From contig CAVTJJ010000003.1 in assembly GCA_963735035.1 (NCBI GenBank), positions 925,191-989,190 on the forward strand: 64,000 nucleotides of DNA, written 5' to 3'. Each line of letters opens with the position of its first letter. The first letter of the stretch is position 1. The position numbers were made by a program, and so were the translations under genes. Below are positions 52,321-62,927 of the stretch, piece after piece. Under the pieces are notes generated by a model. That model worked only from the letters and a program-made list of their open reading frames with translations, had not been told where the DNA came from and did no database searches. Origin of the DNA: an uncultured candidate division Zixibacteria bacterium (GTDB lineage Bacteria; Zixibacteria; MSB-5A5; GN15; FEB-12).

Positions 52321-53481
52321 CTACTTCCCAAACCGCGCCAACACCTCTATCAGCTTATCAATATCCGACTCGTCGTTGTACAAATGCGCCGACACCCGAA
52401 TCGATCCCTCCCGCTGCACCAGAATGATCTTGTTCTTCAAGAGCTCCCGATGCAACTCCGGCACCCGGTCACACGCAAACGTGAATATCGATGAACGGTG
52501 TTTCGCCTCCATCGAACAGGTGATCCGATAGTACGGATTCGACCGGATATATTCCGCCAGTCGGTCGACCAGCGCATGATTGTGTTTCTGGATATTGGCT
52601 ATACCGAGACCCTGGAAGACCTGCGCGGCCGCTTTCATCCCCAGGAGATTCAGCACCGCATAGTAGCCCAACTCAAACTTCTGCGCCGAGTCAAACCACG
52701 GCAGGTCGTAATGAAACAGATCGGTGAACTTCACTTTCCAATCGACCCCGAGCCAGCTCATTACCGGCGGCGTCATGGTATCGCGCACCCGATCTGACAG
52801 ATAGAAGAACCCGCACCCCTGCGGTGCGAGCATCCATTTCTGGCAGCCCGACGTGAATATATCTATCCCGCTCTTGACCACGTTGATCGGCTCGACCCCC
52901 ATCCCCTGGATGCCGTCGACCACAAAATACAGATCATGCTTGCGACAGATTTCCGCAATCTCAGAGACATCAGTCTTGTACCCGTTGAAGAACTGCACGA
53001 ACGACAGCGACAACACCCTAGTCCGCTTACCAATAGACTTCTTGAACAGCTCGACATCGAAACACAAGTCACGCGACTTGACGAACTTGATCTTCAACCC
53101 GCGCGCCTCAGCCGCCGCCTTCCAGGTGTACGCGATCGCCGGAAACTCGATATCCGAAACGAGTATCTCATCCCCGCGTTTCAGCGGCAAACCAAACGCG
53201 GCCATGTTGAGACCATAGCTGGTGTTCAAGCCGATACCGACTGTACGAGCGGGCGCGCCGATCATCTTGGCATAGGCGCCGCGAAGCCAGTCGCGAGTAG
53301 CAAAAGCGTCGTGCGAGTCGTCGGTCTCAGCCGCCAGGCGTTGCTCGACATTGGCGGTGATAGCATCGCGCACAGGTGTGCAGAACGGGCCATACGACGC
53401 GGCGTTGAAATAGGCAACTTTGGAAGTATGCGGAAACAGCGCGCGGGTCGCGCTGAACTTGGCAGCGATATCCTGCTTCAT
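52321..53481 (-). CDS. PLP-dependent class V aminotransferase/cysteine desulfurase-like enzyme
   Basis: YFNAAS, VDGIQ, GCQKWMLAPQG, IRVSAHLYN. Confidence 0.92.
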   Translation of the reverse strand: MKQDIAAKFSATRALFPHTSKVAYFNAASYGPFCTPVRDAITANVEQRLAAETDDSHDAFATRDWLRGAYAKMIGAPARTVGIGLNTSYGLNMAAFGLPLKRGDEILVSDIEFPAIAYTWKAAAEARGLKIKFVKSRDLCFDVELFKKSIGKRTRVLSLSFVQFFNGYKTDVSEIAEICRKHDLYFVVDGIQGMGVEPINVVKSGIDIFTSGCQKWMLAPQGCGFFYLSDRVRDTMTPPVMSWLGVDWKVKFTDLFHYDLPWFDSAQKFELGYYAVLNLLGMKAAAQVFQGLGIANIQKHNHALVDRLAEYIRSNPYYRITCSMEAKHRSSIFTFACDRVPELHRELLKNKIILVQREGSIRVSAHLYNDESDIDKLIEVLARFGK

Positions 53482-53491
53482 ATATTAGACC

Positions 53492-53938
53492 TTACAGTGT
53501 GTTCAAGTAACCAATAATCGCCAGGCAGCCGAGCAGCTTGACAAGTATCACCAGCAGCGTCCAGAACAAATACGGCGTCGGCAATTTCACTCGTAGTGAT
53601 AAACCAATTAGTGCGGGCGCAGCGCCGAGTGCGAATGCGAACAAGGCCGCAGCCATCCCCCCGCGCGCCCCGTAGAACGGCAGCAGATAGAAAAAGAAGC
53701 TGTACACCACGGACGGCAGCGCAACGTAGAATATCAATTCGAGCACGAAATTAGCCACGGTCGCACTGAAACTCGACGGCTCCACCAGTTCTTTGGGCAA
53801 CGCGGCTGTCAATTGGAGTTTGTGCTCCACCCAATCGAGCACCAGCGAGATCAAGAACAGGTAGCCGCCACCGGCCACCAAACAGTAAAGCATCTGGTTC
53901 ATCGAAATCATTTGAGCCACCCATGCTTGATATACCAA
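53492..53938 (-). CDS. Hypothetical 4-TM membrane protein
   Basis: Hydrophobic ORF packed between co-oriented genes; start uncertain. Confidence 0.7.
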   Translation of the reverse strand: MVYQAWVAQMISMNQMLYCLVAGGGYLFLISLVLDWVEHKLQLTAALPKELVEPSSFSATVANFVLELIFYVALPSVVYSFFFYLLPFYGARGGMAAALFAFALGAAPALIGLSLRVKLPTPYLFWTLLVILVKLLGCLAIIGYLNTL

Positions 53939-54903
53939 TCATACGTCTGCCGTGCGCCGTCGGCAAAACTCATTTGTGATACGAACCCAAGTTCATCCCG
54001 CGCCCGACTTATGTCCATCTCCCACGACGAATTCAACTCGCGCGATTTCTCCCGGGTGAGAAGCGGCGTCACACCAATCGCTCTGAAGCTGTACTCAGAG
54101 ATTGTCGCGACCGCGCGAAACAACGACGACGGCAAATACAACGGCGCGGTCCACCGCCCCGACGCTGCCACAAGAATGTCTATCAACTCGCGATAGGCAT
54201 AAGCGTCCTTCTCGGCCACAAAATAGATCCCGCCCGGCTTGACATTCGCTTTCAGGCCTTTTGCGATCCCGTCACACAGATCGTCGACATGGACCAACTG
54301 CAACATTCGATTACTGTCGCCGATCAGCGGCTTCAGATGCATCCAGACCGCCTGGAACATCGAGAATATTCCCCGGTCCCCCGGTCCGTAGACGGCCGGT
54401 GGGCGCACTACCACAAGAGGCAGACGATCAGCAAATGACAGGGCCACTTGTTCGCCGGCCAGTTTCGATTCGCCGTAGGTTGTGATCGGGTGTGGTTGGT
54501 CGGATTCTTTCACCGGACAGCCTGGCTGTGATGGCCCCGCGGCCGCCACGGATGATATATGCACGATCTGCCGCACCGTCGGATTGTGTTTCTCGACCGC
54601 TTCGAGCAGAGAGCGAGTCCCCTTCTCGTTGACATCAAAAAAGACCTGACGGCGTTTCGCTTTTATCAGTCCCGCGTTGTGTACGATGTAATCGACACCG
54701 GTCACCATCTCCGGAAGTGTCCGAAGCTCGGTAATGTCGCCATATCGATATTCGACTTTGAGGTCCCGTAGCAGGGTCAGGTCGGAAGTGCGTCGTACCT
54801 GGGCGATGACATGAAAGCCCAGGTCGATCATATGCGCGCATAGACGGGAGCCGACAAATCCGTTGGCGCCGGTAATCAGGACCGTTTCTTTTGGTTCGGA
54901 CAT
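53908..54903 (-). CDS. NAD-dependent epimerase/dehydratase (extended SDR)
   Basis: TGANGFVG, HNAG, YGESK, VYGPGD; start MSEPKE. Confidence 0.92.
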   Translation of the reverse strand: MSEPKETVLITGANGFVGSRLCAHMIDLGFHVIAQVRRTSDLTLLRDLKVEYRYGDITELRTLPEMVTGVDYIVHNAGLIKAKRRQVFFDVNEKGTRSLLEAVEKHNPTVRQIVHISSVAAAGPSQPGCPVKESDQPHPITTYGESKLAGEQVALSFADRLPLVVVRPPAVYGPGDRGIFSMFQAVWMHLKPLIGDSNRMLQLVHVDDLCDGIAKGLKANVKPGGIYFVAEKDAYAYRELIDILVAASGRWTAPLYLPSSLFRAVATISEYSFRAIGVTPLLTREKSRELNSSWEMDISRARDELGFVSQMSFADGARQTYDWYIKHGWLK

Positions 54904-55501
54904 GGCCCCCAAGTTAGGCAATTGGACCTTGCCCGACAAGTGATTAACACGCTCGGTACCGGGTTCTCGGTGCCTCAGTTCTTGGTGCCCCAGCGCTTGC
55001 GCTGGGATTATAGACTGTCGAGCATTACCGTGCCCGGCAGATGTCCACATCTGCCGGTTCCCTGCAGCGTCAGGATTTGTGGTTATAGTGCCCCAAATTC
55101 TGGTGCCCCAGCGCTTGCGCTGGGATTTTTCGCTACGTTGCGTCAGGTCCTGCCGAGGCCGCCTGCGGCGACCGAGGTGTGACCTGACGCGTTGCACCAG
55201 CACCGTGAGAACGGCCGCAAGACCGTCACCCCGGTGTCCGCCGCGGCGGAGGGCCCAGTTGTGACCGCAGAATCACTAGTGGCATGTTCAGACAATCCCT
55301 TCGTATGGTTAGCTTGATCATCAGCCTCTCCGCTCTGTCCACCACAACTGGGTTCTGGCTTTCGCCAGAATGACGGGTCTTCGACACGTTCTGTACTCGG
55401 AAAACTGCGCCCCTGCCCCCCACCGTTATTGTTGACCCGGATTGTGATTGTGACATATTTCAGGTGCGTAAATTACAGTCCTTTAGAAACAGAGGTTGAA
55501 T

Positions 55502-56167
55502 ATGAAGAAGATTCTAATCACCACCCTGATCGGCGTCCTGGCGCTTAGCCTGGTTATCGGCTGCGCCTCGATGAAGAAACGTGACAAGGGCGCTCTGATC
55601 GGCGCCGGGACCGGTGCCGCAATCGGCGCTATTATCGGCAAGCAGGCCGGCAACACGGCGGTAGGCGCGATTATCGGCGCGGCGGTCGGCGGCGCGGCCG
55701 GAGCCTACATCGGCAACTACATGGACAAACAGGCCGAGGAGATGAAACGTGACCTGGCAGGCGCGAAGATCGAACGCGTCGGCGAAGGCATCAAGATCAC
55801 TTTCGATTCCGGCATCCTGTTCGATGTCGACAAATCGAACCTCCGCCCCGAAGCCACTGCCAATCTGGAAAAGCTGGCGGTAATCTTGAACAAGTACGAG
55901 GACACCAAGGTATTGATCGAAGGTCACACCGACAACACCGGTACGGAAGAACACAACCGCGATCTCTCTATCAGCCGCGCTCAGTCGGTGGCGACCACGC
56001 TTTCGGGCGACCAGGTCAACGCCACCCGGTTCACGATCATGGGTTACGGCGAGGCTCAGCCGATAGCCGACAACGCCACGGCCGATGGCCGTCAGTCGAA
56101 CCGTCGGGTAGAAATCGCGATCTACGCCAACGACAAGTTGAAGTCGGTCGCCAAAGCCCAGGGTTGA
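55502..56167 (+). CDS. OmpA-family lipoprotein with glycine zipper (YiaD-like)
   Basis: Lipobox VIGC, GAAIGAIIG, YMDKQ, EGHTD, NRRVEI. Confidence 0.93.
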   Translation: MKKILITTLIGVLALSLVIGCASMKKRDKGALIGAGTGAAIGAIIGKQAGNTAVGAIIGAAVGGAAGAYIGNYMDKQAEEMKRDLAGAKIERVGEGIKITFDSGILFDVDKSNLRPEATANLEKLAVILNKYEDTKVLIEGHTDNTGTEEHNRDLSISRAQSVATTLSGDQVNATRFTIMGYGEAQPIADNATADGRQSNRRVEIAIYANDKLKSVAKAQG

Positions 56168-56652
56168 TGGATCGTAGGTCAGGCCAACTCGGGGCCTGAC
56201 ACGCTAAATGTACCCGGTCCGCCGCGGCGGACCCACATCTGCCGGTTCAATGCGATGATTTCGTGCGTGGTGGACGCCCTCGTCCACCACGCTTCATTTT
56301 GTGTGTGCCCAGTCTTGTAGGGTGGGTTTGCTTCAAACCCGCCATTGCCCTGTAGTCTTGTGGGTCGAAACCAGTCCGCATCGGGCGGTTTCGAAATCGT
56401 TGAGAACGGCCGCCAGGCCGTCACCCCGGTGAAAACCGGGGCCCAGTTGTGAGTGCAGCATCGTTGCCGGTATGTTTGGGAATTCCCTTCAGAGGACAGA
56501 TCGAACATAAACGTCATATCACTGTCCACCACAACTGGTTCCCGACTTCCGTCGGGATGACGGGTCTTCGACCCATTATGTCTTTGCTGGGTACCCCACA
56601 GCTTGCTGTGGGTAGGGTGGAGTGAAGCTGTCGAAACTGGAGATGGGCCAAC

Positions 56653-57183
56653 TTATGTTGACTTCAGCACTCTCTCCCGCTCAGTGAGCACTTTGCCATC
56701 AAGATTCCCTGGCGGAACTGTACTCATAAACCGTTGATATGCTTGTTTCAGAATTATGTTAGCTTGTAGCAGTGTCTCTCGCCAAGCTTTCTCATCGGGC
56801 TTAACACCGAGACGGTAGTACGTAAGATGTACTACCTCTTTGTTCACTCGGTTTTCGATAGCGTCGATGATAACGTCAACGCTGCCAATTTCCGCTTTCT
56901 GCTTACTCCATGCTTCCCATGCAGACGGATCATCGTAGAAATCACCTGCTACCACATCATCGTCGCGAGGATAAGCGTCGAAGAAGAACTTCAGTAGAAT
57001 TCGTGTATGTACAGCAACCGACTCAATGACTGCATACCTGAGTGGGATACAGCTTTGCACAACTTGATCACCTAATAGCGCTGCCGAAGCATGAAACATA
57101 TCAAACTCGTATGTTACGTGTTCCGCTGCCATTCGGCGGAGGATATCGCTATCCCTCCTTGCCCTCTTCGTTTTCTTTGCCAT
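56653..57183 (-). CDS. Hypothetical all-alpha protein, possibly HEPN-like
   Basis: ESVAVHTRILLKFF and RVNKEVVH (R-x6-H); AT-richer than its neighbours. Confidence 0.6.
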   Translation of the reverse strand: MAKKTKRARRDSDILRRMAAEHVTYEFDMFHASAALLGDQVVQSCIPLRYAVIESVAVHTRILLKFFFDAYPRDDDVVAGDFYDDPSAWEAWSKQKAEIGSVDVIIDAIENRVNKEVVHLTYYRLGVKPDEKAWRETLLQANIILKQAYQRFMSTVPPGNLDGKVLTERERVLKST

Positions 57184-57267
57184 AATCTCACCCTCGCATG
57201 ATACCAAATAGATAATGCATGCCCGGCGGGTTTGAGACAGACCCGCCCTACAAGAACCCGCCAGCCC

Positions 57268-58725
57268 CTAGAACACCTCCGCGCCGAACCGATAGATCTC
57301 CGCGAACTTGTCCTTGTAGCTGTCTTTCGGTAGCCCCGCCTTCAAACAGGTCTGCTCCAGAAATTCCTGAGTCGTCCAGCCATACTCCGTCGCCACCTGC
57401 GGCAAGAGCAGTCCCGAATGCATATCCAGTCGAATCATCAATCCGTCGCGGCCGACTTTGATCTCGCCGAAATCCTTCACTCGCTCCAGAGGCGTCAGCA
57501 CCGAGATTTCATACTCCAGACGCGCATATTCTTCTTTCGTCAACGTCGGGAATCTCGGATCCTCGAACGCCGCCGCCACCGCCATGTCGGCGATGACTTT
57601 GTGAAGCGGGTCGCGCGCCCTGACCTGACCGATACACCCGCGCAAGTCCCCGTCGATCTTGAGCGTCACGAATGCGCCGCGCTTATAGTCAAGTTCCGTG
57701 TCCGGCTCCATCAAGTATTCGCGCCCATCGAGCTGCGACGCAATCGCCTCGCGCGCGATGCGGTGAAGTTTCTGCTTGGTTTCGTCGCTCAGCAAAGCGT
57801 CCGACTGCTTAGCCGCCATCGCGCCCATGACCGAGGCCACCCGCTGCTTGTCGGCAATGGCATCCTGGGCCTTCTCCCCCATCACCATGACCGCGGAGAG
57901 ATACCCGACCACTTCGGTGAAATCAGCCGTGGCATCGCCGGAAGTCGCATAAGCGAGCATTTTGATTTCGCGGCTGCCGAGCCGTTTGGCCGCAGTCATC
58001 ACCGCCGCCACCGGTCCGCCGCCGCACGCTTCGCCGTCGCCGCACGAAAGAACATCCATCAACTGCGACGGATCATAAGTCTCCATCGCCTTGCGCACCG
58101 CCCCGTCGAGCTTGTTCGCTTCCTTCTGCTCGTGAAAATGCGACAGATCGGTCGACGCCACCATCAGGATGTTGCGCCCCTTGAGCGCGGTGGCCAGAAC
58201 TTCGCCCAACGCCCGGACCGATTCCTCTTCCTGGTCGCCCATGACAATGCCAACCATCTTGAAATTACCGAGCGCTACCTGCATGAACGGCAAATGCACC
58301 TCGAGCGCATGTTCGCCGCGCGTGGAGCCGGTAGCATGCCCCTGTGCGGAGGGATATACGAGGGGATGAATGGAAGATATGCGCTGCGCCAGTTCGCGGT
58401 CGGTTTCCACCAGGCCAAGGGGCGTCTCGTACCCGTCGCCGACATAGACCGAACTGCCCCGGAAGAAGACCGTGTGCGACGGTGACACGACCACTACCGC
58501 GTCGTACGCTTCCCCGGCGAGAAGTTTGTAGGCTGAGGCGGCCACTTTACCGGAATAGGGATACCCGGCGTGGGGGGCAATCAGGGCAAGCGGACGACCC
58601 GAGAGCGACGCCTTCTTGACTTTGGCGAACAGGGTGGCGATCATCTTGGCCAGTTTACCCGCTTCGCTGGGATAGAACTGTCCGGCGACGGCCGGTTTTC
58701 TGACATCGTTCAACTTATTTTCCAT
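57268..58725 (-). CDS. amrB: AmmeMemoRadiSam system protein B (MEMO1-like) fused to protein A (AMMECR1-like)
   Basis: RKPAVAGQFYP, APHAGYPYSG, EHALEVHLPF, STDLSH, ACG, VVGY; then GAFVTL, LRGCIG, DPRF, GLLLPQV, CLKAG. Confidence 0.93.
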   Translation of the reverse strand: MENKLNDVRKPAVAGQFYPSEAGKLAKMIATLFAKVKKASLSGRPLALIAPHAGYPYSGKVAASAYKLLAGEAYDAVVVVSPSHTVFFRGSSVYVGDGYETPLGLVETDRELAQRISSIHPLVYPSAQGHATGSTRGEHALEVHLPFMQVALGNFKMVGIVMGDQEEESVRALGEVLATALKGRNILMVASTDLSHFHEQKEANKLDGAVRKAMETYDPSQLMDVLSCGDGEACGGGPVAAVMTAAKRLGSREIKMLAYATSGDATADFTEVVGYLSAVMVMGEKAQDAIADKQRVASVMGAMAAKQSDALLSDETKQKLHRIAREAIASQLDGREYLMEPDTELDYKRGAFVTLKIDGDLRGCIGQVRARDPLHKVIADMAVAAAFEDPRFPTLTKEEYARLEYEISVLTPLERVKDFGEIKVGRDGLMIRLDMHSGLLLPQVATEYGWTTQEFLEQTCLKAGLPKDSYKDKFAEIYRFGAEVF

Positions 58726-59165
58726 CTGACGCCACCTCGGTTCAAGTTTCAAAGAGCGCTTACTCTGTCAGGCTGAGCCTGTCGAAGCCCGACATCCAAT
58801 CATCGTCATGCCCCGGCTCCCTTTAGTCATGCCCCGGCTTGACCGGGGCACCCAAGGGTTGTGGGCGACTCACGTAGGGCAGAACCCCTGGGCCTGCACG
58901 CCGCGGCGAGGTTCTGCCATCTATTCAACATGCGTAGGTCAGGCGGACTTGACGCCTGACACGGCCATCAAGATGTCAGGCCCCAAGTAGGCCTGACCTA
59001 CAAGGCTTTCGACTGATCTGTGGGCGGCAGACGTCCTCGTCTGCCCCATTCACCTTCGGCCAAAAAGTCCCTACGCATCTCAAACTACCACTCCCGCGAG
59101 CTCTTGTCAAATGCCGGATAGACTACCCCTAACCCCATGCCCCACGGGGGTAACCGGAAATCTGC

Positions 59166-59194
59166 TTGACCAAAAGTGATGAAACAGGTATTCT
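59166..59194 (+). promoter_or_regulatory. Sigma70-type promoter candidate
   Basis: TTGACC-N17-TATTCT upstream of the fibre gene. Confidence 0.5.
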
Positions 59195-59369
59195 TTGACA
59201 CGACAGAGACATTTCCAACTTTGGAATTTTACTACTTACCGTAGTCGTTTGCGACGCGCGGGGTCGGCGTCACACACTAGCGTTGCTTCAGGCTGTTCTC
59301 GCTTATGGAGCCGGTCTTGTCAAACGTAGAAATCTATTTTGTGGCATAATTAGAACCAAGGAGAAACGT

Positions 59370-61276
59370 ATGAAACTGTTCACCGTAATTCTATCGGCGT
59401 TGTTAGTTCTGACAGCCGCACTCGTATCGGCATCAGACGTGCCCCGACTGCTCAGCTATCAGGGTACTCTGACTAACGGCTCCGGCACGCCGTTGTCAAA
59501 CGCGACGGTCACGGTTCAGTTCACCATCTACGATGACATGAACGGCGGGAATGTCAAATGGACCGAAGCCCAGAGCGTCACGACCGACGCCAGTGGTCTG
59601 TTCGCCGTGCTTCTCGGCAGCAGCACCCCGGTTCCGGATACGGCCTTCAGCGGCGTTAGTCGCTGGCTGAGTGTAAGAGTCGGAGCCGACCCCGAAATGA
59701 ATCCCCGCATGAGAATCGTTTCGACCGCCTATGCCTATCAAGCGTTGCGCGCCGATACAGCGCAGTTCGCTCTCGGCGTGGCAGGCTCTCATTGGCTGGT
59801 GGTGGATTCCATACTGTACACGGATCATCTTCTGGGTCTGGCGCGCGGCAATGCCGGTAACGCCATCTATGGAAATGACAAATATGCTTCGGTGAATTTC
59901 GGTGTGGCCTGCACCACCGGTACGTCCGGTCAGTACTGGAGCGCGGCCACGGTCGGCGGTGGTAACGCCAATACCGCCGGGGGGTATGGAAGTGTGATCC
60001 CGGGCGGAAGCAACAACCAGGCGACAGCCGAGCACAGCACGGTCGGCGGTGGCGCCAACAACAGTTCGACAGGGCAGTGGGGCACTGTGTCAGGCGGCTG
60101 GCAGAACATAGCCGGAAGTTACGGCACTACGGTCAGTGGCGGCACCAACAGCGCGGCCTGGGCCACATTCGGCGGGGTGGCCGCCGGATATTATAATCAG
60201 GCCGGTGATGACTATTCCGACACGGCTGCTTTCGTAGGTGGCGGTAACAACAACCGGGTGACCGCCAAATACAGCACGATCGGCGGCGGCAAGGACAATT
60301 CGGTCAGCAACTTCTGGTCAACTATCGGCGGCGGAAATCAGAACAACGCCAGCGGTTGGACTACTACTATCGGCGGCGGTGTCTGGAACACAGCCACAGC
60401 CGACAATGCTTCTGTCGGCGGCGGTTTCCAGAATGCGGCCGGCGGCCCTATTTCAACCATAGGCGGCGGATATCAAAACCGCACCTCCGGCGCCAACTGT
60501 GTCGTGGCGGGAGGCGCCAATAACCTCGCCTCGGGTTGGAACGCCACGGTCGGCGGCGGATATCTCGATTCCGCCACTGGTGATATCAGTGTTGTCGCGG
60601 GCGGTCTCGACAACACCGCCTCAGGATACGGCGCCGTGGTAGGTGGCGGCGAAGCTCATGTCAACGCGGGCGAATATTCGGTAATCCCGGTGGCAGCGAG
60701 ATCGCCGACAAGGCTCTGGGCACGGGGGCTTACTATTCCTTCCTCTTCGGCTACCAGTCGTACCTGAATACCAACTACCAGGCCGTCTTCTTCAACGGCC
60801 GCAATCCAGGTCGGCTCGGCATCAATCGTGACGATCGCGACGGCGGTATCTGGTATCCGATTCATGTCGGCACCAACACCAGCAACGGCAACGGCGCTTA
60901 TCTGACCCCGGGCGGAGTCTGGACCAGCACCAGTTCGAAGGAAACCAAAGAAGGGTTCGAGCCGGTCGACAGTCGCGAACTGCTCGAGAAACTGGCCGAC
61001 CTTCCGGTGGAATCGTGGCAGTACAAGAACAGTTCCGAACGTCACATCGGCCCGGTCGCCGAAGATTTCACTTCGGCATTTGATGTCGGCACCACGAACG
61101 AAGACGGCACCCGCGACAGTCTGCATATCTCTTCCAACGATGTCGCCGGCGTGGCGTTGGTAGCCATCAAGGAACTGTATCAGCAGAATCGCGATCTGGT
61201 AAAGCAGAATGCCGAGTTGAGTAATCAACTCAAGGAGCTGGATAAGAAAGTAAGAGAACTGCAGTCACACAAGTAA
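59370..61276 (+). CDS. Secreted trimeric fibre-like protein: N-domain, about 14-aa (S/T)VGGG..N repeats and C-terminal peptidase S74 intramolecular chaperone; frameshift near 60690
   Basis: VPRLLSYQGTLT, many TIGGG..N.A repeats; second frame GVWTSTSSKETKEGFEPVD..LLEKL..LPVESWQYK...HIGPVAEDF...AIKEL plus a coiled coil. Confidence 0.85.
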
Positions 61277-61297
61277 ACCACGCTGCGAAAGGTTCAG

Positions 61298-61837
61298 GTG
61301 ATTAGAATGCGATTCAAATCGATACTACCGTACGCGGCCGTGGTTATAATGCTGGCGGCACCACTGGCGCGCGCCGAAGATGATACGTCGCTGCCGACTG
61401 CAGCCCCGGACTCGGGTGAGCGTATCAGCCGTCAGGTGATGGCGTCAGGTGGCGCCGTGAACCTGAGTTCGGCGAACTATCACATGAGCGCTACGGCCGG
61501 ACAGACCTCGGTCGGGCGGGCGGCGTCGGCGAATTACCGGGGCAACTTCGGCTTCTGGCAAACCCTGCATGCCCCCGGCTGTTGTAGCGGACGCGTCGGT
61601 GACGCCAACGGCATCGGCGGCGATGAACCGACTATCGGCGATGTCTCGAGCATGATTGATGCGAAGTTCATCTCGGGATCGTGCACGGGTGTGATTGCAT
61701 GTCTGTCCGAGGCCGACATCAATCAAACTGGCGGTACCAACCCGACGTGTGATGACATCACGATCGGCGACATCTCTATACTGATTGATTACTTGTTCAT
61801 CACGGGACCGACGCTCGGCCTGCACAATTGCCTGTGA
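61298..61837 (+). CDS. Small secreted protein with beta module and dockerin-like domain (paralog of 14508-15198)
   Basis: QVMASGG...ATAGQ...GFW followed by CCSGRVGDANGIGGDEPTIGDVSSMIDAKFI...LHNCL. Confidence 0.85.
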   Translation: MIRMRFKSILPYAAVVIMLAAPLARAEDDTSLPTAAPDSGERISRQVMASGGAVNLSSANYHMSATAGQTSVGRAASANYRGNFGFWQTLHAPGCCSGRVGDANGIGGDEPTIGDVSSMIDAKFISGSCTGVIACLSEADINQTGGTNPTCDDITIGDISILIDYLFITGPTLGLHNCL

Positions 61838-61896
61838 TGTGTTTATAGCGTGTGGGCGGTGATGCCTCTTCTCTGTCTTGCCCCGCTTCAGGCGGG

Positions 61897-62927
61897 GCTG
61901 GATTCACATTTGAAGTGCAACAGTTCGAGCCAAAAGAACTCTGCTGGAGTGAGGAAGTCCAGGCGTTTTCGAGGCGTGTTATTGTAGATTTGAAAGAAGT
62001 CTGCGAACCGTCTCGGCGAGAGTTTGGTCAAGTCGGTTGACCGAGGAGTCGGCGTCGGAGGCGACCGATTCCATTTTCGACGCCGCCTTTCTGCCAGGGT
62101 GAGTAGGTGTTACAGAAGTAGGTCTCGATGTCGTGGTCATGGAGTCGGTAGTGCTGGCCGAACTCGGGACCGTTATCGAAGGTGATGGTCTGTGGCCAGG
62201 CGGGCGGCAAGGGTGCCAGGAGAGTGCACATGGCCTTAGCAACCGAGGCGGCATCTTTGGCGGGTAGCTTAACCCCCATCATCAGGCGTGAGTGTCGCTC
62301 ATGAAGGACGAGGACGCTCTGATCGGGTTTTCGGAAGTTCATGAGATCACCTTCCCAGTGTCCTGGTGTTTTCCGGCTCTTGGCGCTCTTCGGCCGCGCG
62401 GAGATAGGGCACCGCAGGGCTATAGACGACGTCGACCGACCTCTCTTGCACCCTCGCCAGCTACGTCTGGCTCGGCCACGGATCAGTAAGTACCGCCAAG
62501 TGTAATCCTTAGTACGGGCGATCTGCGCGTAGATAAACCGGTAGATCGTTTCGTAGGAAATCACCTTCCGGCCCATCTCCACGGCCAGCCTTCCCGCGAC
62601 CAACTCCGGAGACAAACCATTCACTAGTCCCATCACTACCATGTCGCGCAGTTCTGGACGGCGATCCAATTTGGAGCCGGTCCAACGCCGGGCACGGCTC
62701 TGGTCGTTGGCATAGGCGGGCAGGTAACCGCTTTGTCGGCTGCGATTTCGCCTTATCTCCCGAGCAATGGTCGATGGCGCGCGATCCAGAGCCGCCGATT
62801 TGCCGGAGCGACCGCCCGTTGGTGTGTAAGCGGGCAATCTCACACCGCTCTTCAAGATTGATCTGTGCATATCTTCGTTCCATGACAACACCTTTAACAG
62901 GTGTTGCACTTCGTTTGTGAACTTAGG
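61897..62927 (-). mobile_element. IS30-family insertion sequence; transposase 61904-62883 with frameshifts
   Basis: RAPSTIAREIRRN, ISYETIYRFIY, GHWEGD, TITFDNGPEF, SPWQKGGVEN. IR cores are TTCACATTTGAAGTGCAACA (61903-61922) and TGTTGCACTTCGTTTGTGAA (62902-62921); exact ends approximate. Confidence 0.92.

Noticed and set aside
54904..55203. N-terminal extensions of track ORFs (53908-55203, 49337-50053, 44594-45619)
   Set aside because: They translate REP-like repeats (MW.SAGH); the true starts are downstream.
59370..61276. Prophage tail gene
   Set aside because: It has a Sec signal peptide and no neighbouring phage structural or replication genes.
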